Source: a virus
Lineage: Duplodnaviria; Caudoviricetes
Length of the DNA stretch: 53,158 nt
Virus record (IMG/VR): IMGVR_UViG_3300020183_000104
Location: 1-53,158 of that record
Reading direction: 5' to 3' (one strand)
Position 1 is the stretch's first letter; the number at the start of each line of letters is the position of its first letter. The notes under the pieces were generated by a model, which did no database searches, was not told the DNA's origin, and saw only the letters and a program-made list of their open reading frames with translations. The translations under genes and the position numbers were made by a program. Shown here one piece after another: positions 35,319-43,944 of the stretch.

Positions 35319-35530
35319 TGACCACAAAACCCGCAAACGTCCGGATCCGCCTCGCGAAGGGGCGGTTTGCCGGTGAAATGCTGTACCAGGGTCGAGTCTA
35401 CAAGTTCGACTGTTCGATCTCGGGGTCGGACATCGACGCTGAATTCAGGACGGTCGGCGAGGAGCCCTTCGACCGCTGGGAGGCTTTCCGAGCGCTTGAA
35501 GCCTGGATCGAGGAGAACCTCTGTGGTTAG
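35318..35530 (+). CDS. hypothetical protein
   Basis: ATG overlaps the upstream TGA; 70 aa. Confidence 0.55.
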   Translation: MTTKPANVRIRLAKGRFAGEMLYQGRVYKFDCSISGSDIDAEFRTVGEEPFDRWEAFRALEAWIEENLCG

Positions 35531-35843
35531 CTGGCCTTTTCCATTTAGCGATCAACCCGACGGCACCTACCGCTCGATTGGGGAACCCGCTGTCGCTTTG
35601 GAAGAGATAGCCTCTCCGAGCCCTTCGGAGGTACCTCCGTTGCATTCGAAGCCTCGGGTTAAGGCTAACGTACCTGACTGGGCCTCCGATGCGCTCCGTG
35701 AGGCCGGGAAGTGCCCCGACGCCCGTTCGAGGCTCTGCGCCCAGTACGGCATCGACTACGCGACGCTCGTCGAGGGAGCACCGAATGCTGGGGTAGCTAC
35801 GATGCGGATCGTGAACGCGCTCCGCCGTTCGTCGAAAAGCTGA
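35523..35843 (+). CDS. hypothetical protein
   Basis: Probable GTG start after GAGGAG; C-terminal NAGVATMRIVNALRR resembles the end of the 34671 protein. Confidence 0.5.
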   Translation: MVSWPFPFSDQPDGTYRSIGEPAVALEEIASPSPSEVPPLHSKPRVKANVPDWASDALREAGKCPDARSRLCAQYGIDYATLVEGAPNAGVATMRIVNALRRSSKS

Positions 35844-35872
35844 CCGTTCGTCGGACGACAGGGGTTGACAAA

Positions 35873-35901
35873 TAGACAAGCTGTTTCACCGGTGTTATAA
35901 T
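35873..35901 (+). promoter_or_regulatory. sigma70 early promoter
   Basis: TAGACA-17-TATAAT (extra TTGACA at 35865); CACCGGTG in spacer; CCGTTCGTCGGACGAC at 35844. Confidence 0.8.
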
Positions 35902-35947
35902 AGAGGTTCGATAGTATTTAAACATCAACCGATAGAGGACTACAGAT

Positions 35948-36241
35948 ATGAAAGCATTCACACCCAGCAACCCGCGTGGCGAGCGGTACGGATTCGCGGC
36001 CTATGTTTTCTTTTTTCCGGTTTGGATTGCTCAAGACAGCATCCAGGTCCACATCGGCGTGCTTGACGACGATGGCGAATACGTCGTGATTAACCGGTGG
36101 GGGAAGGTCTCAGAGCGTCTTGAGCGCCTCCTTACCCCTGCAGATCGCAGGGAAATCGAGAGCAAGATTTCAGACCTTGTACGCGAGGAGTCGGAATACA
36201 GGCGTTGGGAGCACCTTGCGCCGAACGCGGTCAGGGCCTGA
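35948..36241 (+). CDS. hypothetical early protein (chimeric N-terminus)
   Basis: 97 aa; shares RBS and N-terminal DNA with the 36300 gene. Confidence 0.65.
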   Translation: MKAFTPSNPRGERYGFAAYVFFFPVWIAQDSIQVHIGVLDDDGEYVVINRWGKVSERLERLLTPADRREIESKISDLVREESEYRRWEHLAPNAVRA

Positions 36242-36299
36242 CATCCACCGGGGCTTCGGCTCCACACCATCACCCTTTAACTCATAGAGGACTACAGAC

Positions 36300-36686
36300 A
36301 TGCAAGCATTCACACCCAGCAACACTGCCTTCAGCGTGGTTTCCTCCGTCGTTGTGGTCGGCATCGATCCTGAATACGCGGACTACGACAACCCGCGTGG
36401 CGAGTGGTACGGATTCGCGGCTTATGTTCGTGGCTGCAACGATCGTGGCGACACCTGCGAATTGCACGTGGCAACCGATCGGGACGAGGGAATCGCGTTA
36501 GCAAAGGCTAGCAAAATGGCCGATGCGCTCAACGTCCGCGCGAAAAGCCTGGGCAAGCTCCCAGTCGGGTTCGGCTCCTGGGCCACCGGTCGCCCCGTGT
36601 ATGGGTCGGACGCCTACGTCGAGTGTGGACAGGCTGACGATGTGGCGCTCGAAGCGCGAGAATTGGCCGATGAAGGCTGGCGTTGA
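36300..36686 (+). CDS. hypothetical early protein
   Basis: 128 aa; ATAGAGGA RBS; W..GRPVYGSDAY motif. Confidence 0.7.
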   Translation: MQAFTPSNTAFSVVSSVVVVGIDPEYADYDNPRGEWYGFAAYVRGCNDRGDTCELHVATDRDEGIALAKASKMADALNVRAKSLGKLPVGFGSWATGRPVYGSDAYVECGQADDVALEARELADEGWR

Positions 36687-36751
36687 TTTACCCCGGGGCT
36701 TCGGCACCACAGATTCACGAGGTGCAAGATGGCCAGGATGAGAGCACAGCA

Positions 36752-37213
36752 ATGAGCGCGGAAAAGAACCTCTGGGGCTGGCTCGACCTGCGCCTCGGGG
36801 GTCATTGGTTCGCGCAGAGAGTCGAGAACGAAGTCGGACGCAACACCCCGGACGTGTGGTTCGCGCTGTACAAGCTCCGCGCGGTCTCGGGCTGGATCGA
36901 ACTCAAGGTCCTCACCGACCTGCCCAAGCGCCCCGGCACCCCGCTCCGGCTCCCGAAGTGGACCCACGGGCAGCGCAATTGGGCGGTGTCCGCACAAAGG
37001 CATGGGGCTTGGTGTCTCCTGGGGTTGCAAGTGCTCGAACGCCAGGAATTCTTTTTGATCCCCGGGCATGAAGCAGCACGACTGGTCGAAACGCAGGTGC
37101 CGTACGAGGAGACGCTGCACATACTCCGCGTACGAGGGCTGTGCATAGACCAAAAGACTTCACGTGAAATACAAACGCAACGACTAATTGACACGCTGCA
37201 TCAGCCGTGGTAA
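36752..37213 (+). CDS. PD-(D/E)xK nuclease, Holliday-junction resolvase / VRR-NUC-like
   Basis: MSAEKNLW..RVEN..TPDV..WIELK..Q..W; likely start ATG 36752. Confidence 0.75.
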   Translation: MSAEKNLWGWLDLRLGGHWFAQRVENEVGRNTPDVWFALYKLRAVSGWIELKVLTDLPKRPGTPLRLPKWTHGQRNWAVSAQRHGAWCLLGLQVLERQEFFLIPGHEAARLVETQVPYEETLHILRVRGLCIDQKTSREIQTQRLIDTLHQPW

Positions 37214-37216
37214 GAT
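37188..37216 (+). promoter_or_regulatory. sigma70 promoter firing into repeat copy B
   Basis: TTGACA-17-TAAGAT with TG extension; CAGCCGTG in spacer. Confidence 0.7.
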
Positions 37217-37306
37217 TCGTGGATCTGCCCTCTTCGGGCGATGTGTGGTACCCTTGCCACACTGGCCGAGATAAGTCTCGTGCCGTCTTGGCAGCAGCCG
37301 AGAAGT

Positions 37307-37569
37307 GTTCCATCGTTCCATCATGATGGAACACAAATGGAACGGTCAGAAAGCTCCCTCTCGCCCCGTACGACGCACAAGAGAGCCAAGTGTTCCATTG
37401 TTCCACGCACATATACGTATATATTTTTGGTTCGAAAACCTGAATATGGGGGGGTATGAGATGGAACGCTGGAACAGAAGAGGGTACTTGAAGAGAAGCC
37501 CCGAGAGACGGGGCTCTTGGACCAGTGGAATTGTTCCATCGCCGTTCCATTATGGTGGAACGATGGAAC
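37307..37569. repeat. GTTCCA/TGGAAC box array with AT-rich core, copy B (inverted relative to 16078-16343)
   Basis: 12 GTTCCA/TGGAAC boxes in three dyad clusters around an ATATACGTATATAT..GTTCGAAA core. Confidence 0.85.
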
Positions 37570-37737
37570 GGATATGACCACACCCGTACTACACCCGCAG
37601 ACTTCCAGACGACAAGATATCGTCATCCACCACGCAGGGCTACACCTCGGTATCATACGTGAACGCATGAAAGGCAAGATCGAAACATTTCCTGGAACAG
37701 TTGCGGAACGTGTCGCTTTTGTGGTACACTTTGCGTC

Positions 37738-38433
37738 ATGGCTGGAGTGAAAATCGAACCTTTGCCGGTGGTGGACGTCGACGCGGTGGGTGAAGAAACA
37801 CTGCGGGAATACGGACGCCGCGCGGGGATAACGTACGCGATGCTTTACGAAATGGTGAAGCAGGACCGGGTTCGTTTTAAGGAGCGTGGAGTCGAGGACG
37901 ACCCCGAATCGCTCAACTTTTGCATTCCGGGTGTTGAGGGTGTCGGACGGCTGCGCCGCTACGAGCGTACCAAAGCCTACCGTATGCTGCAGATTCTGGC
38001 CGAATTCAGGGACGGACCCGCGAACGCGAAGTTTTCTTTAAGACACGCGTACACGGCGGCTGAGGTCAGTCGTGGTGCGATGTCGACGTGGAGAGCTGAG
38101 CACCCGACCTTCGATCGTCTGATGGAAGACATCCAGCTCGAAATGGTCGACACGATGAAAGCCGAGGCCTACCGCCGTTCCGTGATTGGACACGACGAGC
38201 CGTTGGTGCACCAAGGTATGAAGACGGGTGAAACGATCAAGAAGTTTTCCGACACTTTGCTGCAGTTCACGCTGATGGGGTACGACGCGAAATTCCGAGC
38301 CAAAGACGTAAACGTCGCGTTGTCGGGCTCACTTAACCAGAATGTCAATATTGAGGGACTCCGTGATCGACTTGCCCAACGATTACAGGCGGTCGCCAAG
38401 TCGAAGGTACAAGGCGAAGAAAGCGCCGATTGA
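37738..38433 (+). CDS. terminase small subunit
   Basis: W....PTF..EAYRR..G..KKFSDTLL.F.L pattern; directly upstream of TerL. Confidence 0.75.
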   Translation: MAGVKIEPLPVVDVDAVGEETLREYGRRAGITYAMLYEMVKQDRVRFKERGVEDDPESLNFCIPGVEGVGRLRRYERTKAYRMLQILAEFRDGPANAKFSLRHAYTAAEVSRGAMSTWRAEHPTFDRLMEDIQLEMVDTMKAEAYRRSVIGHDEPLVHQGMKTGETIKKFSDTLLQFTLMGYDAKFRAKDVNVALSGSLNQNVNIEGLRDRLAQRLQAVAKSKVQGEESAD

Positions 38434-39805
38434 TCCGCACAATTTCTTGGAGTTCGTATCCGAGATGAACGATCAAGAGGTGGTGGAGCTTTACTACGAT
38501 TGGCCGACCTGGGCTCGACCCAATCAGATAGTTCCTCCTGGCGAGGACTGGACGATTTGGCTCATTCTCGCCGGTCGTGGGTGGGGCAAGACCCGGTGTG
38601 GTGGTGAATTCGTTCGGTTTCACGTGGAACGAAAGCTCGCTTCACGCGTCGCGCTTATCGCCGAAGACGCAGGGGACGCCCGGGACGTGATGATCGAGGG
38701 TGAATCCGGGCTGCTGGCCATATCGCACCCCTTTCAACGCCCGAATTGGGTGCCGTCCAAGCGCCGTCTCGAATGGCCCAACGGAGCGATGGCGACCATC
38801 TACTCGGACAACGATCCCGAGACGCTTCGAGGTCCGCAGCACGACCTGTTTTGGGTCGACGAACTTGCGAAGTTTCGTAACGCCAAAGAAATGTGGTCGA
38901 ACTTGATGTTCGGTCTGCGCCTCGGCCAACGTCCGCGCGGTGTCGTCACTACGACGCCTAAGCCCATTCCAATCGTGCGTGAGCTGCTCGAAAGTCCGCG
39001 CGTATTCGTCACTTCAGGGACCACGCATGAGAATTTCGGAAACCTCGCCCCAACCTTTCGTGATGAAATCATCGCCCAGTATGAGGGAACACGACTCGGA
39101 CGCCAAGAGCTTTACGCCGAGGTTATCGACCCGGAAGATTACGGAATCGTCAAGCGCGAGTGGTTCAAGCTTTGGGACTCCGATCGGCCATTTCCCGATT
39201 TCATGTATATTGTGCAGTCCTACGATTGTGCTTACACCGAAAAGACTATCAATGACCCAACCGCATGTTCTGTCTGGGGAGTGTTCAGGCCGAGTGAAGA
39301 TTCACCTATATGCGTAATGCTCATCGACTGCTGGGAAGAGTTTCTCGTTTACCCCGATCTGCGTCCCCGGGTCGTGAACGAGTACAAAGAGTCTGTGTAC
39401 GGCGAACCCGGTAAAAAGACCGATTTGGTGTTGGTCGAGGAGAAAGCCTCGGGCATTTCGATTCTCCAGGACCTGCGCTACGCCGGGGTGCCTTGTCGTG
39501 GCTACAATCCGGGCAGAGCGGACAAAGTGCAACGGCTGCACATCGTGGCGAACATCGTTGCTTGTGGCCGGGTCTACATCCCCGAATCGGTCGTGCACCG
39601 GGGGCAGCCGCGCGACTGGGCGGAGAAGCTTGTCTCCCAGATCTGCTCTTTCCCCGAGGCCGAGCGCGACGATCTGACCGACACCACCACGCAAGTGCTC
39701 CGGCTGTTAAAGGACATGGATTTCTTGCGTATCGACCCGGCCGAGGTCGCGCCGGATTACTACGACGACGAGCGTCCACGCAGGGTGAACCCTTATGCCC
39801 AATGA
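38342..39805 (+). CDS. terL: terminase large subunit
   Basis: AGRGWGKT Walker A, LRGPQH..WVDE, VTTTPKP, QSYDCA, VEEKASG and DDLTD; true start may be downstream (e.g. ATG 38465). Confidence 0.95.
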   Translation: MSILRDSVIDLPNDYRRSPSRRYKAKKAPIDPHNFLEFVSEMNDQEVVELYYDWPTWARPNQIVPPGEDWTIWLILAGRGWGKTRCGGEFVRFHVERKLASRVALIAEDAGDARDVMIEGESGLLAISHPFQRPNWVPSKRRLEWPNGAMATIYSDNDPETLRGPQHDLFWVDELAKFRNAKEMWSNLMFGLRLGQRPRGVVTTTPKPIPIVRELLESPRVFVTSGTTHENFGNLAPTFRDEIIAQYEGTRLGRQELYAEVIDPEDYGIVKREWFKLWDSDRPFPDFMYIVQSYDCAYTEKTINDPTACSVWGVFRPSEDSPICVMLIDCWEEFLVYPDLRPRVVNEYKESVYGEPGKKTDLVLVEEKASGISILQDLRYAGVPCRGYNPGRADKVQRLHIVANIVACGRVYIPESVVHRGQPRDWAEKLVSQICSFPEAERDDLTDTTTQVLRLLKDMDFLRIDPAEVAPDYYDDERPRRVNPYAQ

Positions 39806-41045
39806 TCTCCTTAGAACGGTCGGCGAGTATTTCAACCCCGAGGACCTGCTCACCTTGGCCGGACCGTTGGCCGGGTTAAAGCCCACGGCCGGGATCACCG
39901 CCGCGTTGTACGCGCCGAGCTTGAACGAAAGCGAGGCCGAGGAGTTAGAAAAGCTTCGCGCGATGCGCCCTCCCGTCCCCGTCGCTGCTCCCGTTGCTCC
40001 ACGTGAAACAGCACAGACCCTGGAAATGCGCGATTTCATGAATCGACTCCGGTACGAGCAGTTCGTGGGAGACCTGCGCCAGAAGTACGGACAACATGCC
40101 GATTTAATTCTTCAAGGGCTGATTAAGCAAGGGTTGCAGGACGAAGCGCAACAAGCCCGGATGATCGGTCCACGTGCCAAGCCTCCCGCCCCTCCCGCTG
40201 CACGGCACGAGATGACTGTACCCGTAGGACGGTTCCGGAGGTACGCCGAGGGCGGCATGATCGAGCATATGACGCCGGACATGTCTGATGGTGGTCGGAT
40301 GATCTACACCGATTTGCTCGATTCCTACGCCGGGGGTGGTGGCGTCAAGGGAAAGACCGTACAGCAGATGGCGGACGAATTGCTCACCAAAGGCCTGAAG
40401 ACCCCAGACCTGTCCAGGCGTGGTTTCATGCGACTGCCCGATCTCGATGGTCCCAAGGAGTCAAAGCTTCCGGTACCCGCCAAAGACATGGAGCGTTACC
40501 AGACCGAGAAAACCACGGTAGACCCCCTGTCGGGGTCGGTGGAGAAAGTGGTTGAAAAAGTAGCGCAAACGCCGGTGTCCAGGCGTCAGATGTTGCAGGG
40601 CGCACTCGCCCAAGCCGCGCGAAGGGTAATGCCTTCTGTGGCTATGCAGCCTGTGAGGGATATGGCGTCCGAGGTGGTAAAGACTGTGATGAAGCCCATC
40701 CCCGCGCCCTCGATCGGTGGATTGGTGGCACAAGGGTTAAAGATGGGAATGGACGAGGACGAAATCCTGCGTTTTGTGCAAAGTGCGATGCCTGGGGCTG
40801 ACCCTGAGAAACTGGCCGGGGATTTGTACTACTTACCAGGAATTATGCGCGATCCGTACGATTACTTTGAGGACATGGGTGATGAGCCGCTCATGAAAAT
40901 TTTCGGAAAGTTGGTGTCGCCTTACCAAGAATCGCCGATGGCACTTCGTCGTACGATGCGCGACATTCGAGCGTTAGACCCAGAAAAATACGATGAGTTG
41001 AAATCAGTGGCTCGCGATATTAAAATGTCGAATCTGGAAGACTAA
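39795..41045 (+). CDS. hypothetical virion-associated protein; C-terminal part paralogous to 28366-30264
   Basis: 416 aa between TerL and portal; YAEGGMI, YAGGGGV, KTPDLSRRGFM and PVSRRQMLQGALAQ. Confidence 0.75.
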   Translation: MPNDLLRTVGEYFNPEDLLTLAGPLAGLKPTAGITAALYAPSLNESEAEELEKLRAMRPPVPVAAPVAPRETAQTLEMRDFMNRLRYEQFVGDLRQKYGQHADLILQGLIKQGLQDEAQQARMIGPRAKPPAPPAARHEMTVPVGRFRRYAEGGMIEHMTPDMSDGGRMIYTDLLDSYAGGGGVKGKTVQQMADELLTKGLKTPDLSRRGFMRLPDLDGPKESKLPVPAKDMERYQTEKTTVDPLSGSVEKVVEKVAQTPVSRRQMLQGALAQAARRVMPSVAMQPVRDMASEVVKTVMKPIPAPSIGGLVAQGLKMGMDEDEILRFVQSAMPGADPEKLAGDLYYLPGIMRDPYDYFEDMGDEPLMKIFGKLVSPYQESPMALRRTMRDIRALDPEKYDELKSVARDIKMSNLED

Positions 41046-41054
41046 GGACCCAAT

Positions 41055-43592
41055 ATGGCCACTAGTACTTTCCCTCAACAGCAGCCAGCGATGATTCCGG
41101 GACCGGAGGACACCGAAGGCCTGATGGTCGACTTGGAAGACGAATTCGCGGAGATCGAGGAACAGCCCGATGGTTCGGCGATCGTCCGGATGCGGGAGTT
41201 CGCGGGACCCGAGGAAGACCCGGATTTCTACGAGAATCTGGCGGAGTCGGTACCTTCGTGGGAACTCTCGAAGCTCGCGTTGAAAATGATCGACCTGATC
41301 AAGGCGGACAAGGAAGCGCGGAAGGAACGCGACAAGCAGTACGAAGAGGGGATTCGGCGCACGGGGTTAGGGAAAGACGCCCCGGGTGGTGCGAACTTCG
41401 AGGGTGCGTCCAAGGTCGTGCACCCGGTGATGGCCGAAGCCTGTGTGGATTTCGAATCCAGGGCGATCAAAGAGCTTTTCCCGCCGGACGGTCCTGTGCG
41501 GACGAATGTGGTGGGAGACGTCACCGAGGAGCAAAAGAACCGGGCTGAGCGTAAGCGCGATTTCATGAACTGGCAGCTTACGAACCAGATTGTAGAATTT
41601 CGCGATGAGCAAGAGCAAATGCTCACGCAGCTGCCGCTCGGCGGCTCTCAATTTTTGAAGCTGTGGTACGACCCGCAAAAGAAACGTCCCTGTGCCGAGT
41701 TCGTCCCGATCGACAACCTGATTATCCCTTACGCGGCGGGGAGCTTCTACACCGCAAACCGCTGCGCCGAGATGCAGGACATCACCGAGCAGATGTTTAA
41801 TGATCGAATCGAAGCGGGGCTTTACCGCGACATTTCGGTCACGAGGGTCGCCGAGGAGCCGGAGCTTACCGACCCCGAAAAGGCGAACCAAAAGGTCGAG
41901 GGCAAGACCTGGACCGACGACGAGGATGGGCTCCGGCGTGTGTACCACGTGATGGTGAACATGTCCTGCGAGTGGGACTCGTTTTGCGACGGCGAAATCG
42001 CCCCTTACATTTTGATGATCGACGAGCAGACGACCGACGTGGTCGGCTGGTATCGGAATTGGGAGGAGGGGGACGACACGCGGACGAAGCTCGATTGGAT
42101 CATCGAGTTTAAATTTATCCCCTGGCGTGGGGCGCTGGCAATCGGGTTCCCACATTTGATCGGCGGGATGTCGGCCGCACTCACCGGGTCGCTCCGGGCG
42201 CTGCTCGATACGGCGCACATCAATAATGCGGCGACGATGCTGAAGCTCAAAGGCGCGAAGATTTCGGGCCAGAGCCAAAACGTCGACGTGACCCAGATCA
42301 CCGAGATCGAGGGTGCACCAGGGGTAGACGACATCCGAAAGATCGCGATGCCGATGCCCTTCAACCCGCCCTCCGAGGTACTATTCAAGCTGATGGGGTG
42401 GCTGACCGACGCCGCGAAAGGCGTGGTGACCACGAGCGAGGAAAAGATCGCCGATATCGCCTCTACCGCTCCAGTCGGCACCACCCAGGCGCTAATCGAG
42501 CAAGGCGCGGCGGTGTTCAGCGCGATTCACGCCCGGTTGCACGAGTCCCAAAAGAGGGTACTTATGGTGCTGCAACGCATCAACCGCTGGTACCTTGATG
42601 AAATGTTAATGCACGATGTCCCGCCGGAACTTGAAGTAAAACGCGAGGACTTTAATCGCAATTCGGACGTGATCCCGGTGTCGGATCCGCATATCTTCTC
42701 CGAAACGCAACGTATGGCGCAGAACCAAGCGGTGCTGGCGCTGATGGAGAAAAACCCGGACATTTTTGATCGACGCGCGGTGGTCCACCGGGTGTTGAAG
42801 CAGATGAAGGTGCCAAACATCACCGAAATCATGCCTGCTGTGGCCGAGCCGATGGAGATTAATGCGGCAGAAGAAAACGGGGCAATGTCGATCGGACGGG
42901 CAGCGTTCGCGTACCCGCACCAGAACCACTTGGCGCACATTCAAGCGCATTTGGATTTCGCGAAGAATCCGATGTTTGGCGCAAACCCGTTGATCGCCCC
43001 GGTCTTTTTGCCGATGATGGTCGAGCACATCAAGCAACACGTGATCCTTTGGTACCTGGGTCACATGAATGGATATGTCGAGAAAGCACTGGGCAAGAAG
43101 CCCACCGATTATGATGTCGCCGGAATTACGGGCGAGGTGGATAAGCTTTACGCGTTAGCCTCACAGCACGTGATGATGGACAGCAAGGAGGCCTTCGCAA
43201 AAGTCATGCCTGTTATCCAGCAGATTCAGCAGGTGTTGCAGCAATTGAAACCCAAGCCTCCGATGGATGGTGGCGATCAAGTGATTCTCGAAACTTCAAT
43301 GGCCGAAACTAAGCGTCGCGCCGAGGAGGACAAAGCGCGACTGATGCTCGATGCCGAAACCGAGAAGGGTCGCCTCGCGTTTGATGCCGAGAAGCTCCGT
43401 CTGGATGCTTTGGCCAAGAATCGGCAGCAGCAAATCGACATCGCGCTCAATGCCAGTGATAATCTGACCGAAGAGCGAATCAAGTCTGCAGAACTTACGC
43501 ACGATGCGCAAAGGCTGAAAACCGAGCAGCTCGAAACTGCTCTCACCGCGCAGGAAAGCGCACAACGTGCACTAGGAGGCACAAATGGCTAA
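41055..43592 (+). CDS. portal protein
   Basis: 845 aa; FEGASKVVHPVMAEA, ELFPPDGPVRT, LPLGGS.F.K and APVGTT.ALIEQG; follows the terminase. Confidence 0.88.
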   Translation: MATSTFPQQQPAMIPGPEDTEGLMVDLEDEFAEIEEQPDGSAIVRMREFAGPEEDPDFYENLAESVPSWELSKLALKMIDLIKADKEARKERDKQYEEGIRRTGLGKDAPGGANFEGASKVVHPVMAEACVDFESRAIKELFPPDGPVRTNVVGDVTEEQKNRAERKRDFMNWQLTNQIVEFRDEQEQMLTQLPLGGSQFLKLWYDPQKKRPCAEFVPIDNLIIPYAAGSFYTANRCAEMQDITEQMFNDRIEAGLYRDISVTRVAEEPELTDPEKANQKVEGKTWTDDEDGLRRVYHVMVNMSCEWDSFCDGEIAPYILMIDEQTTDVVGWYRNWEEGDDTRTKLDWIIEFKFIPWRGALAIGFPHLIGGMSAALTGSLRALLDTAHINNAATMLKLKGAKISGQSQNVDVTQITEIEGAPGVDDIRKIAMPMPFNPPSEVLFKLMGWLTDAAKGVVTTSEEKIADIASTAPVGTTQALIEQGAAVFSAIHARLHESQKRVLMVLQRINRWYLDEMLMHDVPPELEVKREDFNRNSDVIPVSDPHIFSETQRMAQNQAVLALMEKNPDIFDRRAVVHRVLKQMKVPNITEIMPAVAEPMEINAAEENGAMSIGRAAFAYPHQNHLAHIQAHLDFAKNPMFGANPLIAPVFLPMMVEHIKQHVILWYLGHMNGYVEKALGKKPTDYDVAGITGEVDKLYALASQHVMMDSKEAFAKVMPVIQQIQQVLQQLKPKPPMDGGDQVILETSMAETKRRAEEDKARLMLDAETEKGRLAFDAEKLRLDALAKNRQQQIDIALNASDNLTEERIKSAELTHDAQRLKTEQLETALTAQESAQRALGGTNG

Positions 43593-43755
43593 TACCTCGT
43601 ACGAAATCAATGCATCAAAAACGAATCTCCCGTACCACAAACGGATTGCAATGGGCGAGAAGCTCGACGGCTCGTCCCTGCAGTCAAAGGGTAGCACCGA
43701 GCCCCCCGTCAAAAAGTCAACAGGCGGTGCGCTGTCTTCTATGAAAAAGAAGTAA
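43585..43755 (+). CDS. small basic hypothetical protein (56 aa; not in the ORF track)
   Basis: AGGAGG RBS; MANTSYEIN..PYHKRIAMGE..KKSTGGALSSMKKK*. Confidence 0.6.
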   Translation: MANTSYEINASKTNLPYHKRIAMGEKLDGSSLQSKGSTEPPVKKSTGGALSSMKKK

Positions 43756-43758
43756 AGC

Positions 43759-43944
43759 ATGCGTTACGTCTCGGACTTCATCGAGGCTCTGAAGTTCGAG
43801 CAGCAACGCTTGCGCGATGCAATGGCCGCAGGAACTCCTGCGACTTTTGAGGCCTACCAACGCCTAGTTGGACAGAACCAAGGGCTTGAAAAAGCTCTAG
43901 ATATTTTAAATAATCTTTTAAAGGAAGAGGATCCCGATGACTGA
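43759..43944 (+). CDS. hypothetical protein
   Basis: 61 aa; YQRLVGQNQGLEKAL motif commonly found upstream of phage GroES genes. Confidence 0.7.
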   Translation: MRYVSDFIEALKFEQQRLRDAMAAGTPATFEAYQRLVGQNQGLEKALDILNNLLKEEDPDD

